Below are positions 1-14,045 of a DNA stretch of 64,000 bases, one piece after another. A program made the translations under genes and the position numbers. The DNA is from Octopus bimaculoides (lineage: Eukaryota). The stretch's first letter is position 1. Every line of letters begins with the position of its first letter. The stretch spans positions 19,160,042-19,224,041 of the forward strand of contig NC_068995.1 of the NCBI RefSeq assembly GCF_001194135.2, read 5' to 3'. A model generated the notes under the pieces. The model had not been told where the DNA came from, did not search any database, and was given only the letters and a program-made list of their open reading frames with translations.

Positions 1-27
1 ATATATATATATATAAATATATATATA

Positions 28-165
28 GAACGTGCTTCTTTCAGCTACCGTCGGCCAAATCTACCTAAAAGGCTTCCATCGGCCACAGGCTATAGTGGAA
101 GAGACTTGCCCAAGATTCCACGCAGTAGGATTGAACCAGAAGCCATGTAGTTGAGAAACCTGCAT
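28..165 (-). mobile_element. tRNA-derived SINE family B, 5' part
   Basis: GGCTATAGTGGAAGAGACTTGCCCAAG...CGCAGTAGGATTGAACC matches the copies at 7647-7972 and 33335-33715. Confidence 0.8.
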
Positions 166-528
166 TTATGCACATATATATGTATGATGAATATGCTCGA
201 TCGTATACAGATGTGCATGTGTGTATTTATAACTATCTCGATTAGTGCCGTTGTTGCACCTGTTTATGTTTGCATGCAACATTCTGTAAGTTTCTGATTG
301 CTTACAGTAACCATGGAAGAGAGATGCCACAGTGCTATACCTCGTATGTTCGTTTTTGAATCAATAGATTTACAAAAGCACACACCCACACTTGAGTAGA
401 CTGAATGCGCAAACAACAACTAGACATATAAATATGTGTGTGTGCCTACAGGTAGGTGTTCTCACTAAATAACTTTACTGATTACTGTGCTAAGGTAGGA
501 TAGGTGCATTAAATATGCATATATTACC

Positions 529-560
<32 letters not shown>

Positions 561-1499
561 NNNNNNNNNNNNNNNNNNNNNNNNNNNNNNNNNNNNNNNN
601 NNNNNNNNNNNNNNNNNNNNNNNNNNNNNNNNNNNNNNNNNNNNNNNNNNNNNNNNNNNNNNNNNNNNNNNNNNNNNNNNNNNNNNNNNNNNNNNNNNNN
701 NNNNNNNNNNNNNNNNNNNNNNNNNNNNNNNNNNNNNNNNNNNNNNNNNNNNNNNNNNNNNNNNNNNNNNNNNNNNNNNNNNNNNNNNNNNNNNNNNNNN
801 NNNNNNNNNNNNNNNNNNNNNNNNNNNNNNNNNNNNNNNNNNNNNNNNNNNNNNNNNNNNNNNNNNNNNNNNNNNNNNNNNNNNNNNNNNNNNNNNNNNN
901 NNNNNNNNNNNNNNNNNNNNNNNNNNNNNNNNNNNNNNNNNNNNNNNNNNNNNNNNNNNNNNNNNNNNNNNNNNNNNNNNNNNNNNNNNNNNNNNNNNNN
1001 NNNNNNNNNNNNNNNNNNNNNNNNNNNNNNNNNNNNNNNNNNNNNNNNNNNNNNNNNNNNNNNNNNNNNNNNNNNNNNNNNNNNNNATATATATATATAT
1101 AAAATATACATACGCACGCATATATACGTGTGTTTGTGGTGTCTATGTTTGTGCGTATGTGTGTTTGTGTGGGTGTGTGTGTCTGTGTCTGTGTGCATAG
1201 ATATCTGTTTAGGCACAGGAATACTTATAAATACATATGTATGTTAGTGTATATGCCTATATAAGTTTTCTTCTTGTGTATGTGTATGTCAGTTTGCACT
1301 TTTTTGTCTTCATGCTGTGTATTTTATCGCGACTTGTAACCTCTCTCTATATTATTAAAGCGTCAATTTTCTTTAGTCGTTGTGAAGCATGCTGTGTACC
1401 CTAACATTCCAGGGTAGTGAAAATTTATGGATGTACCTACATAGAAATTTGAGCTTTGAAAGAGCAATAAGACAGTAGGGAGCGTATAAAGAATTCAAA

Positions 1500-1720
1500 C
1501 ATTAGCTCGTTTGCTTGACAATAGAAGTCTGACTGGCTATACATTGAAGAATATGGAGTATCATGTGAAGAATAGCCAGTAATATGGTGGTTGGTGAGAT
1601 GAGGGTAATTGATAACTGTTAGAATTGTGTCTGACTCTTATGATATATATTGGAATTAAGATAAATACCTTGATGGCAGAGAAAAAGCTAGAAGGGAAAG
1701 ATAGTATTAGTTAAATGTGC
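1500..1720 (-). pseudogene. Possible Penelope-like RT/thumb remnant
   Basis: Minus-strand translation gives NSNSYQLPSSHQP, resembling the PLE (KPT)DSHSYLxxxSSHP motif; heavily degraded. Confidence 0.35.
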
Positions 1721-2699
1721 TGGGTTATATTATTCTATTTCTTTCAATCTTGTGCTGTGTTGTGTGGTTTCGGTTATGATCCTACTGCCAGGATATTGGG
1801 GCAAGTGTCTTCTTTCGCAGCCTCGGGTTGCTCTATCACTTGTATGCAAAGTTAGGTGGAAACTATGCAACAGGCCTTTAAGTTATACATACATGTGCAG
1901 GCGGTACACAAACACACACACGGAAAAACATATAGATATGTACGTGTCTCTGTATCTGTTTTTATAAGCTGGTATTTACATGTGTGCATGTTTGCAAATG
2001 TCTATTTGTACATCAACCAAGTGTATATCTATAACAAATGTAACTATCAGCGAGAAAGCGACAAAAGCCTAATGCTCAATCGAAATTCTTTTGATAGTTG
2101 TTCTGTATTAATTTACTGACACTCCGTTATCTTTTTCATCGGGTGAAATGCAATGAACAATTAAAAAGCTCGCTCTAAAAATCTAACGAATGGTAAAATT
2201 CTTAAGCAATGATGATATATAATTAAATATTTCCATTTCGAATACAGGCAAGTTGAATATCATGTCTTGCTGGATTAGACAAAAAGGCTCTTCTCTCTAA
2301 TTTTAAGACCGTTAATATCAGGTTTGCTCTAGGATCGATTTCTCTGTATTTCTGTCTCCTTCTTTCCCGTTCTGTCTCTCTTCCTCTCTTTCGGCTCGAA
2401 TCGGTTTCGTTATCCCATGTGAAATACTGTGGCAAAATGCGTATAATTCCTGTTTAATCAGTAATTGAGATGGACAGACAATTTACCTGTAAACATTTCG
2501 AATTTCATATAAATAACTTAGTTAAATAGAGGATATTTTGGATCATGATTACAGTAAACATTATGCTAATATTTAACAAACGTTAGAGGCGTTCAGCAGG
2601 TAAAATTGTTAGCGCGAGGAGCGAAATGACAATCGGTACGTTATGCATGTTATCCGTTCCTTTCGTGTCGTCACTGCGATGCACTTCTGATATGCCTTC

Positions 2700-3035
2700 A
2701 ATAATTTTCGCCCCCATTTTGCAGAAAGCTTTCTCATATCTAGAATGTTGTGACGAGAAATCCCTAGAATCTCAGCAATGACTTTAGCTGAAATCCGTCA
2801 GTTGTCGAGAAACATGACGTGCACAGCATTGGCTATGTCCTCTGTGATCGTGGAAGTTGACTATGCCGACAGGGGCTCATTTATCTGTATCCTCGAAATG
2901 ATCAGTCTGAAACCTTGACTCCAAGATTTTCACTGTGGAGTACGTTGGGCAGCCATCCTTCCAGACGACATTCATCTCGCCATGGATTTCCGTTGATCTT
3001 TTCCCTTGCAAAAAAAGAGGGAGTTCATGACCATC
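2700..3035 (-). mobile_element. Mariner transposase N-terminal remnant (irritans-like)
   Basis: With frameshifts reads LFLQGKRSTEIHGEM...CPTYSTVK...ISAKVIAEILGISR...DMRKLSAKW, matching the mariner HTH region and the MRKLSARWVP linker. Confidence 0.75.
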
Positions 3036-3198
3036 TGTAATACAATTTTACCAAAAACTGAAAAGTAAAAAATCTATATTGCATACCATCATGATTTTTG
3101 CATAACTTCTCCTGAATAGATATCTTACCTCCCCAATAAGCTTAAAAGCTCTATCCTTTCGCGGAAGCCCTAAAGCCAGGAACGTTTCAGCACCCCTC

Positions 3199-3242
<44 letters not shown>

Positions 3243-3735
3243 TAACCTAGGTACTTGTACCTTATGCATATTTTAGTACATGATAAGATCGGAAGTTTTC
3301 ATGTCGTCTTTTCACCAGGTACATTGATTATATAAAGAAATTCCCTTTAGATAATTTTTCATAAAATATTATTAAAACAAACATGTTACAGGAGACGGCA
3401 TAAAGATTGATGTTAGACATCCAATTAAAGGCTTTCTTTATTCAATTATAATTTTTTGTGGGGTTTAAAGTAATTATTAGTTACACTCCATTATTGCTAC
3501 GGTATATAGTTTGGGTGGGTATATTTCTGCAGTGTCTCATTACATTACAGTTAAGTAACTATAAAATACATAATTATGTTTACTATTCATAGTAATTATG
3601 TGTCATTCAAAATATACGTATACATTCGTGTGCTTATATATATAAATATATGTATGTATATATGTATATATGTATGCATATGTATATATACATATACATG
3701 TGTAAATATATATGTATATATATATATATATATAC

Positions 3736-3780
<45 letters not shown>

Positions 3781-4841
3781 CATATATACGTACATATATC
3801 TTCGTTGTGTATGTATATATGTATTCTTAAGTATAACGATGCATTTATTTGTGTATACATATATAAAAATCGTATACATATTTAACATACAGCCACAGGC
3901 ACACGTAAGCACAGCCCCCCATACACACACACACACTCACACACACAAACAATCACACACATCCGTATGTAAGCATAAGTTGCTGATTAAGACGTATTGA
4001 ATTCGTCTACGTAGTAGTGATTTGCTTATGAAAGTTAGAGTTAAAAGACTGTAGATTCCAAGTCAGTATTAAAGTTAATCTAATGAATTTATATAAGAAC
4101 GTTTGCACAAGTGTGGTTAAGAATATCGCTTTACAGTTGCATGCTTCAGGAATATATGGCTGCTTGTATACCATAGGTTTTTTTCAAATAAGAGTGGCCT
4201 AGACAAGTCTCAGTTTTCAAAGGTATAAAGTAGATGAAGGGATAAATGCTCCAATGAATTTAATGGCAATCTGTCACAGGTAATTGTGCGCATATACAGA
4301 ATTCTTTTCAGCACTCTATATTAATTTACTATTTACTATTAAAGAGAAGCTTCTGCATTAAGTGTTGTGTCTTATATAATAGAGAGGAATAATCTAACGT
4401 TCAATGTTAAAAGTTGAGTATTGAATTCTTAGTTTCATAGTGCTTGTATTAGAAAACATATCAGTGATTAGTAGTGTTTTTGCTTATGTTACTTGTATGT
4501 ATGTATACACGTGCGTACGTATGCATGCTTGTGTATGTGTGAATGGATATGTACGTATGTACTTATGTATGTGTGTATGTGTGTTAATGTGTTACAGTGT
4601 TCATTAAGTTCCACATCATTTAATGTTTCATCTGTACGTAGGACAATTCCATATCGTTGATATCTAGACATCTGTTGCGATGATTTCGTCTTATGATGTC
4701 AAGAAACTTTAAGTCATATAGATCTGAGTGAAAACAGTTATGAAATAATGCATCCAAATGATATGTATACGTGTGTGTGTATTTATATATATATATGTAT
4801 AGATTTTAAAGTTTCGAAGAAGAGCAGCCTTTTCAGGAGAA

Positions 4842-5016
4842 AGTCAATTATATCGACCCCAATGCTCAACACAAGTACGTTTTTTTTTTTTTTAATCGAT
4901 CTCGAAGGGATGAAAGAAAAGATTGACTTCGGTGAAATTTGAAACCAGAAAGTATAGTTGGAAGAAATTCTGCTGAGCATTTTGTGCGTCGCGCTGACGA
5001 ATCTTCCAGTTCGCTT
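4842..5016 (-). mobile_element. tRNA-derived SINE family A
   Basis: ATCGA..CGAAGGGATGAAAG..TGACTTCGG.GAAATTTGAA core shared with 16345-16562, 41313-41520 and 49197-49372. Confidence 0.8.
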
Positions 5017-6134
5017 TATATACATAAGTATTATTAGCCACATATATGATTATGTCCGTGTATATGTCTGTATTTGCTTGTTTGTATGTGTGTGCACGTG
5101 TATGTATGCTTGTGTACGTGTATATATGTATGTTTTTCTGTATATGTGCCTACGTGTGTATTTATATGTGATTTGTAGATGTATACGTGGCTGTGATCAG
5201 TCGAAATATAAGAAAAGTATACACAAAATTTATTGAATAGCTAATATACCTTTACACATTCAGTCACCCATCTTACATTAATCATGAAAAGGTGAATATA
5301 TTATAAGCTTATTTTTCTCGCAAGTTTTACTTCCTTTTGTATTTATTTATTTTCTTTTACAGATTGTTTATAAAGCTTGTTCCAATTTGTGTGTATTTTC
5401 CTCAGGTAGTAATCCTTTAAGGCATTTCAATTTACCTATAATGAATTCTGTATAATTTTAAGAAGAACTGCCAATAGCTAATTGTCCCACCTTACAAACT
5501 AAGTACCACCTTAATTTTAATTTCATTTCATTTTATTTTTCGTTAGTTGTATTTATCTCACCCCTAAGGAATTTTCTATAAAAAGAAAATGCTAGAACTT
5601 AGCATAAATATTTTCAAATATTTTCTCTGTAAAGTTGCCGTTAAAATTTTGACTAAATTTGATCAAAATATAAAGAAAGGAAGAAATTGTGTGATGCAAG
5701 AGAAAAATATATGTATGAAGAAAAATATGTAGGAGTAAAATTGAACTTAACTTTTTCATTAATGAATATTAAAAGCTTCTGGAGTTTTATATATTTTAGC
5801 TTAGTTCTTCTATGTGTTTCTTATTAATTTATTTCCATAATATTGATTTGTGTAATGTGAATTTTTATTTCTAGAAATACACTTTAGTCAATAATGTTTT
5901 ACTTCTTCGGAAGTCATAAAGTCATAAAGAATGGTAGCAAAAAATAACGCAAGGCAGAAAGAACTGAAGTAAAGAAAGTAACACTGATAGGAAAGAGGGA
6001 AAATAAGAAAGCGTAGGAAGACAGTTTTCGAAATGTAGAGAATGATGTGCAGAAGAAAATGAAATGAAAATGATGAAGTGAGAAATATTGGAGTGAAAAT
6101 TATAAGAACAGTTTTTAAAAAGAGGGAAAAGAAC

Positions 6135-6176
<42 letters not shown>

Positions 6177-7646
6177 TGTGGGGAGTGAGAGGTGAGAGAG
6201 ACAGACAGACAGAGACTGACAGAAATAAAGAGAAAGAGAAAATGAGGGGGATATGAATGCGATAAAGGAAAAGAGAAATAACAGTAAAGAGGAAGGAGAG
6301 AGAAAACTGAATACTCTAAAAAGTTTTCGGATATTTTCAAAACTTGATTAGCTTCGTCGATAAAATAATTTTTGAAACAATAAAACAAATATTGATTAAT
6401 TTTGAGTAAGCACCAGGTTATGTGTTGTATGAACAGTATAAAAATTGATTGAATCTTCTCCAGCATATGTCTGGTATTTATTCTATGTAAATTAAATCAA
6501 TTATTGACTAAATTACTACCGTTTTAATTTGATCTAAGAATTTGAAAGGAAAAAGAAACTGATTAGGTTTGCCTGACAAGCTTAACTCTATGTACGCCCT
6601 AAAGAAATGTGGTGTCCATTTCGATATTTCGATTGTAAAAAAAACTAGGTATGACACAAATAGCAGCCATAACTGTTTTTTTCGGTGGGGGGGGGGGCGT
6701 AAGAAGAGAGAGTATATTTAAATATCTTTAGCAATTGATTTAATATTTGGTTGGCAAGGTGCTTGATTTATTTTCTGAGGTGAGATAAATTTTCTTGCAT
6801 TTTTGATGGGACATTAGATCGGTATTATACACACGCACTAAGTAAACGATTATATTATAAACCTTTTGGTTACTAAATCAATCATTTAGCTGTGCATGCC
6901 AAAGTCATTCCGTCGCCATTCACGACTTATTCCACGGCATGCCCTGTATGTTGCAAGTCAGTAAATATGTGCCACATAAGATAATAGATTGAAGAACGAA
7001 GTGATATAGAACGTAAATTAAAAGTTTTCTAAACAGTATAGGACACGTACCATATTTGATTCTCCATTTGACTCTTTCCGAATTTATTTCTGTTAAATAT
7101 ATTGATGTTTAACACAAGAAAATTTATGAAAATTCTTAAGAAAAATTTACAAACGTATATAAACTCTCTAGTACTGTTTAAATAAATATGAATGACATTG
7201 CATATTTGAAAGATTTCAATACTAACGTTATAAAGCAAAGAATAAGTAACTTTAATTTTTTTTGTGTTTTCTTTCACAAAAACAGTTCTTCCGCTCCTAC
7301 GATATGAAATATTGATTGAGTTCCCTGCAGAAATCCTTAGGAGCCTATCGGTTTTAATAACTTAAGCAAAGACATTTATACAAACACGTAATTTTTAATG
7401 AAATCAACTTAAACGTTTTGACTAACAATTCTTTTCTCAAAAATGGAGAAGGGATGAAAGACTGAGTACAAGTTCGTACAAACAGACGATGTAGATTCGA
7501 TAACAAATCTCGTGATTATATATTCGACGCAAACTACGATACATGTACAAAAACTTATCCATCAAACATATGAACGAGCACACAAACTAACACACACACA
7601 CACACACACACACACACTTATAGCTTAAATATATATATATACTCTT

Positions 7647-7972
7647 TTATTTGTTTCAGTCATTTGACTGTGGTCATGCCCTTAGTCGAGCAAATCGACC
7701 CCATGACCTATTCTTTGTAAGCCTAGTACTTATTCTATTGTCTCTTTTGCCGGACCGCTAAGTTACGGGGGCATAAACACACCAGCATCGATTGTCAATC
7801 GATGTTGGTGGAGGGGGGACACATATACACAAACTTATACACGCACATACATATATACATAAATATACGACGGGCTTGTTTCAGTTTCCGTCTAACAAAT
7901 TTACTCACAACACTTTGGTCAGCCCGTGGCTATAGTAGAAGACAGTTGCCCAAGGTGTCACGCAGTGGGACG
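7647..7972 (-). mobile_element. tRNA-derived SINE family B, near full length
   Basis: CAGTCATTTGACTG...GTCGAGCAAATCGACCCC...CGCTAAGTTACGGGG...internal simple repeat...GGCTATAGTAGAAGACAGTTGCCCAAGG. Confidence 0.9.
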
Positions 7973-8442
7973 GATATATATATTATATATATTTATATAT
8001 ATATATACATATATGTATGCATGTATATATATANNNNNNNNNNNNNNNNNNNNNNNNNNNNNNNNNNNNNNNNNNNNNNNNNNNNNNNNNNNNNNNNNNN
8101 NNNNNNNNNNNNNNNNNNNNNNNNNNNNNNNNNNNNNNNNNNNNNNNNNNNNNNNNNNNNNNNNNNNNNNNNNNNNNNNNNNNNNNNNNNNNNNNNNNNN
8201 NNNNNNNNNNNNNNNNNNNNNNNNNNNNNNNNNNNNNNNNNNNNNNNNNNNNNNNNNNNNNNNNNNNNNNNNNNNNNNNNNNNNNNNNNNNNNNNNNNNN
8301 NNNNNNNNNNNNNNNNNNNNNNNNNNNNNNNNNNNNNNNNNNNNNNNNNNNNNNNNNNNNNNNNNNNNNNNNNNNNNNNNNNNNNNNNNNNNNNNNNNNN
8401 NNNNNNNNNNNNNNNNNNNNNNNNNNNNNNNNNNNNNNNNNN

Positions 8443-8511
<69 letters not shown>

Positions 8512-8515
8512 AGTA

Positions 8516-8553
<38 letters not shown>

Positions 8554-9440
8554 ATGTGTGCGTGTATGTGTGTGCACCCCTGTGTATATGAGACTGAATT
8601 ACATATACATAGGCATGTATTCGAAGACACAAACATAGATAGAAAGACACATGATATGGAAAGGATCACAGAGACCCTTATTCGTTGTGTATCCTAATAA
8701 TTTGGCTCAACTATGTGGCATGTTTCTAGTTTTCACCTAAATACAGTGCGTATATAGCATAGAAAGAAAGACACAGCGTATCAACAGAGTAAGTATATAG
8801 GCTTATGTTGTTTTTATATATTTATATGTTTGTAACTCTATTTCAAATTTCAAATAAAATATTTAATTCTTCTAGTTTACTAAATTGGCTGTTTTACCGC
8901 GCTATTCATTAACTGTACACTTTAATTTTCTTTCTTATAATCATTGTCTGCACAATCAATCATAAAATGTCGGGCACTCATAGTACGTATACGTATATAC
9001 ATATATACATACATACATCCATACATATATGTGTGTGTGTGTATGTATTCATGTATGTATGTGTATATATATATGTATGTATGTATATACATATATATAT
9101 NNNNNNNNNNNNNNNNNNNNNNNNNNNNNNNNNNNNNNNNNNNNNNNNNNNNNNNNNNNNNNNNNNNNNNNNNNNNNNNNNNNNNNNNNNNNNNNNNNNN
9201 NNNNNNNNNNNNNNNNNNNNNNNNNNNNNNNNNNNNNNNNNNNNNNNNNNNNNNNNNNNNNNNNNNNNNNNNNNNNNNNNNNNNNNNNNNNNNNNNNNNN
9301 NNNNNNNNNNNNNNNNNNNNNNNNNNNNNNNNNNNNNNNNNNNNNNNNNNNNNNNNNNNNNNNNNNNNNNNNNNNNNNNNNNNNNNNNNNNNNNNNNNNN
9401 NNNNNNNNNNNNNNNNNNNNNNNNNNNNNNNNNNNNNNNN

Positions 9441-9475
<35 letters not shown>

Positions 9476-10877
9476 GTTCATATATATATACATTTGGGGT
9501 ATGCATTCTATGATCTATTTTTCCGTCAATGTTCAAATTTATCATTGTTTTCTTTTAAAATGTATGAGTTTTTAACCTGTTAGGTATTTAAAGCTTGCAA
9601 ATTGATTAAGCGATCTATCATGATAAAGAGGAAGCAAACACAGTTATATTGCTGTAATGTTTGCTTTTTCTTTTTACCTTTTCGTCTTGTAAGAGTTTGT
9701 TTTCTAAATATTTCTTTCTAGTAACTATAATTAATTACTTCATGATAAAAGACAGTAGAAAGTTGAGATCAGTGCTAAATGATCAGTAAATTGATATTGC
9801 AAAACTTGTTTCAATACTTCAATTCGGATTTCCTATACCATAAATGATATTCAAAACTTGTGATCTTTTCACATTCTTAGTTATTTAGTCCTTGTCTTAT
9901 ACCATTTTCATTATTATACTTTTGCCTTGCTTTCATATGCAACGATATATTTTTAAGAAACTGTTCATCAGTAATTGAGTTGCTTGAACCGAATTCATAG
10001 AATTTAGTTATTCTATGGAAAACACAAAATGTATCTGGACGTTATTTGAACTTATTTTGCAGAAAAATAAAAGTAAATTTCTAAAATCAACAAACCTGAA
10101 TGTCTATGGTTTCTAACACTATTACAAAATAAATAGTCATGAAATATGAATAATTTTCAATGATCCATAAGGTATATTATTATTCTTCGAGGTTGATTTT
10201 CAACACTTATTTCGATTCACGTTTTAGGTATTACTATTCACTGACAGTACCATGAAAAGAGACATGAATATTATCTTTTTAAGTTTTCTAATCTAGCATT
10301 AGATGCAATTACTTAATGAATCAAATAATGACAACTACAAGACTCGGCGTAGCTCAAACCGACAACGTAACCTTGAAGAACATACATTCATTTATAGACA
10401 AACTCATGCCTGACTTTATACTCTATTTGTACTAGCTTACTGTACTCGTTAAGCATATCACTCAAGGACATTTTCTATATTTCTAGATGCAGATGACTGC
10501 TTTTTCTCTCTATGGACTAGATAATTGTTCCGAAAACCTAAATGAGAGAAATTGTGTTGTGTTCTGCATCTAACAAACGTGTTTCTTTTGTTCTTGAGAT
10601 GCGACTATGGATACTGAATTAAGAGAAAACTACGTTATGCAATATTAGCAAATCGGGCACAAGCTTTTCGGGATGTCTTCTGGCTTTACATTCTGATATC
10701 GAATGCTGGCGATGTTGATTTGCTTTTCCTTCTTTTCGGGTCAATGAAATAAGTACTAGTTTAGCACTGGGATTGATGTAATTGATAATCCATATCCCCC
10801 AAAATTTCATCCATTATTGTTGTTGTTGCTGTTGTTGTTGTTCCTGTGGTTGTTGGTTATATAGGCGTTGGCGTCGC

Positions 10878-11040
10878 TGTGTGGTAAGAAGATTGGAAGA
10901 ATGTGCGTCTGAAGCACATGGCTCTGGGTTCAGTCCCGTTGCGTTCCTCCTTCAGTTTTCATTTCATTATAGCCCCTGTCCGACCAAATCCTTGCATGTG
11001 GCTTTGGTAGACGGAAACTGAAAGAAGCCTGTCGCGCATA
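10878..11040 (+). mobile_element. SINE family B, 5' part
   Basis: TGTGTGGTAAG...GGGTTCAGTCCCGTTGCG (B-box-like)...GGTAGACGGAAACTGAAAGAAGCC. Confidence 0.8.
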
Positions 11041-12081
11041 TGAATGTATGTGTGTTTGTGTTTATGCTTGTCAGACTAACTAACGTGACAAGCGATATTG
11101 ATTTTATTACGTTTCTGTAACTTCGCATTACGTGTCTTATTGCGCGGAATCATTAATCAATTTTGAATGTCCTTTCATTTATCTATCATAATTATGAGGT
11201 AGAAAAAGACGTTATGAAAACATTTGTTTAGCTGCTCTACATTCAGTTAATATGCCCACCAGACAAAGAAAAGAAGGTAAGATATTTGCGCAGACAATAC
11301 ACAAAGAATGAAAACTGTGAAACACAACATAGAGACAAAATGATATATCTCTCTCAAAAATAACATTAAGAATAACAACTATATCAAGGCACAGTTTCCA
11401 TACGCATGATTACATCAAGTAAGAAGGTTCTTGATCTGGTTACTTTCCTCTTGGCAATGCAGCTTAATGGAATCAGTTACGAACTACTTCCTTCACTTAA
11501 CCCAAATAACTTCTGTCATGGTAGAAAAGTAGAAATTACACTTATCATATTTGATGAGATATAAGACATACATTTTACATTAGAGTGTCTGAAAAAATTG
11601 CCCCCGGTCCTAATTGCAGATTTGGAGCTATATTACATGCTTTAGTGCACTACATTATGTGGGTATTTTGAAAATACCTTACGGAGTGACGACCGTACCT
11701 TGCATAGTTACAGGCTGCCACTTGGTAATGCATACCACACGTTCTACCACCCTGCTAGGTAAGTCATGAGATTGTAGCTTCAGGGTTTGTGAAGGGACAG
11801 CAGAAGAGCGCAACTGAGCCAACGGTGCTTCTTACATTGATGCTGAGCGGAGGAATTGTAGAAGATCCACGTTCAAGATTAACACTCTCTGTCAAGAAAA
11901 TAACTGCGATGCACTCGTTGGGAAGGCGTCCAAGGTAGTGTAAGGAGATAATGAAAAATTTCCTACGACTCAAGCCTGAGGATTCTATGCCCACGATCTA
12001 TGAGGATTCTATGTCACGTGAAACATCACGTTGAAACACTCGTGTCCCAGCGGGTGTGTTGAACGCACTGTCGTCCTATGA

Positions 12082-12117
12082 GAGAGAAGTTATTCTCATA
12101 TGAGAATAACTTCTCTC
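12082..12117. repeat. Perfect 36-bp palindrome
   Basis: GAGAGAAGTTATTCTCAT followed directly by its exact reverse complement ATGAGAATAACTTCTCTC. Confidence 0.97.
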
Positions 12118-12628
12118 CCTCTAATTATGCGTCAGAACCTACCTAGAAGTGTTAAAAATAGATATGTGAATAATCGCTAACCATGGTTTATTTTGTTAAA
12201 ATGATGCTTTAGAAAATTGTTGTTCATTTTACATTTCAGTGTTTATTTCTATGTAATTATGTGCGTGTTATGACTGTATAATTTGTCCGCGTTTTAATGG
12301 TGCAGTGCTTTTTACCCCTCCGTTCATCATTATTTAAACTGACAGTCCCATCCCACATATGTTTCAAAGACCCCGTGCTGAACGTAGATTGTATTTAATA
12401 TTCTAACTTTTCAACACGTTGCCGCTAGCAAATAACTTGGCAGGTCTTTGAACAAAAGGCTATGTAACATTTAATTATGGCACTTTTATGTTGCAACTTC
12501 AAATTCCTTGACAATTTCGTTATCTATCTTTTGTTGTCGATAAAATGAAGTACTTGGTACACGTTATGTATTCAATGTAATCGACTAACTGGTTTTGCAT
12601 TATTTTGAGATGTTGCATCTATATGATT

Positions 12629-12790
12629 TCAAGTTTTGGCACAAGACCAGGAATTTCTTTTGGTACTTATTTCATCGATCCTAAAAGGATGAAAAGCAGT
12701 GTAAACTTCGGTGGAATTTGAACTCAACGAATAAAGATGGGCGCCATACCGCTAATCATTTTGCCCGGGGCACCAACGATTCTGCCATCT
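12629..12790 (-). mobile_element. SINE family A (internally shortened)
   Basis: TTTTGGCACAAGACCAG...GGTACTTATTTCATCGATCC.AAAAGGATGAAA...GGAATTTGAACTC...ACGATTCTGCCA. Confidence 0.8.
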
Positions 12791-13920
12791 GTCTTAGACC
12801 CTATATCCATATTAAAGACAATGCTGGAAAAAAGTGGACGCACTGAACGCAGTCACCAATTAATTTCCGTTTGGTATCTTACCCGGCCCTGTGGGTCATA
12901 CGTTCGAATTTTACTGAGGTCAAATTTTCATTTCATCTTTTCGGATTATATGAAGTAAAACTACTCAAACACTAAATTCGATGCATTAAACTAACCGTTC
13001 CCCTCACATCGCTGACACTGTTAAAAACAATTATTAATGTTAATGATAGTAACAGCAGTGGTTATTAGTAGTGCCTGTCATTGTATTCTTTTATTGTCGG
13101 ATATGATGATGAGTGTATTGTGCTGTTCTTCGTAAAGTTGTGTGTAGTGGTGGTCGTGGTGAAGCATCGAGGAGACAGCCAGTGATTAATTTCATCGTTA
13201 ATCCTCAGGTGGTACGGAAGTGGTAACGACTGTTTTGGTAATGGCAATGACTGCTAAATTTACATTTTTTTTCTTCTTTTTCTTATACTTAGGTCAAGTT
13301 TTATTGAAGACGTTGACACATGCGAAAATTTCTGTGGCTGCATAAAAAGAAGTTATCTGAAAAACCAAATAAATAAATAAAATGTAAAAAACAAACAAAC
13401 AAAGAAACAACAGGGGTGTGCATACATTTGCGGAACGATATTAGCAAGCGGCGGGAGGCGGTAGATTTTAGTATTTCTTTTTTTCTTTCTAAAGCTGAAA
13501 GGTGAAAAATTATAGCAAGTTACACAGTGAAGGAAGCTATAAAGATTTTTTATTATCATTCTTATCATTATTATTATTATTTTTAAATGTCGTATAATAC
13601 CATGTCTTTTCTCGTTATAGTGTTAGGGCAAACAATCTTTTGCACTTTTCTATGTTTAAATGGTTAGTTGATATATATTCTTAGCCGGTGTGTTATTAAT
13701 TACTTGAATGCAGCTATTTCTTCCCAGCCTCAAATTTTTACAAATACATTCATGCATACTTACACATTCATACAGGAACATTACCATTTTTACATTCTTT
13801 CATACGTACGTAAATACATACATAAACATGTGGAGCCTCAATTGTCTAATGGTGTATGCGTGTGTATGTTTTGGTGTGTCTGCGTGTATGTGAGTGTTAT
13901 AACATTACATACGTAATTAT

Positions 13921-14045
13921 CGTTTGAAATTTTGGCACAAGGCCAGCAATTACGGCGGCAGGTGTAAGTCAATTACATCGATCCCAGTATTTAACTGGTA
14001 CTGATTTTATCGACCCCGAGGGGTTTAAAGCCAAAGTCCACTTCA
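13921..14045 (-). mobile_element. SINE family A, 3' part
   Basis: TTTTGGCACAAGGCCAGCAAT...AAGTCAATTACATCGATCCCAG...ATCGACCCCGAG. Confidence 0.75.

Noticed and set aside
308-343. Possible 36-nt plus-strand microexon (CTTACAG...GTATGT)
   Set aside because: Splice-like flanks alone are expected by chance; no recognisable peptide or partner exon.
465-1247. Long ORFs containing X runs (here and at the other N gaps)
   Set aside because: They are open only because of N gaps and (TA)n/(CA)n repeats encoding YIYI/HTHT/CVCV.
5363-5405. Possible 43-nt plus-strand exon
   Set aside because: Good acceptor but a weak GTAGTA donor and no homology.
5888-6466. 192-aa minus-strand ORF
   Set aside because: Driven by a low-complexity GA-rich tract; F/L/S-biased with no domain.
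13290-13385. Strong acceptor-like tracts on both strands
   Set aside because: Frames stop within about 30 codons, no convincing donor, and the tracts are simple T-rich or A-rich runs.
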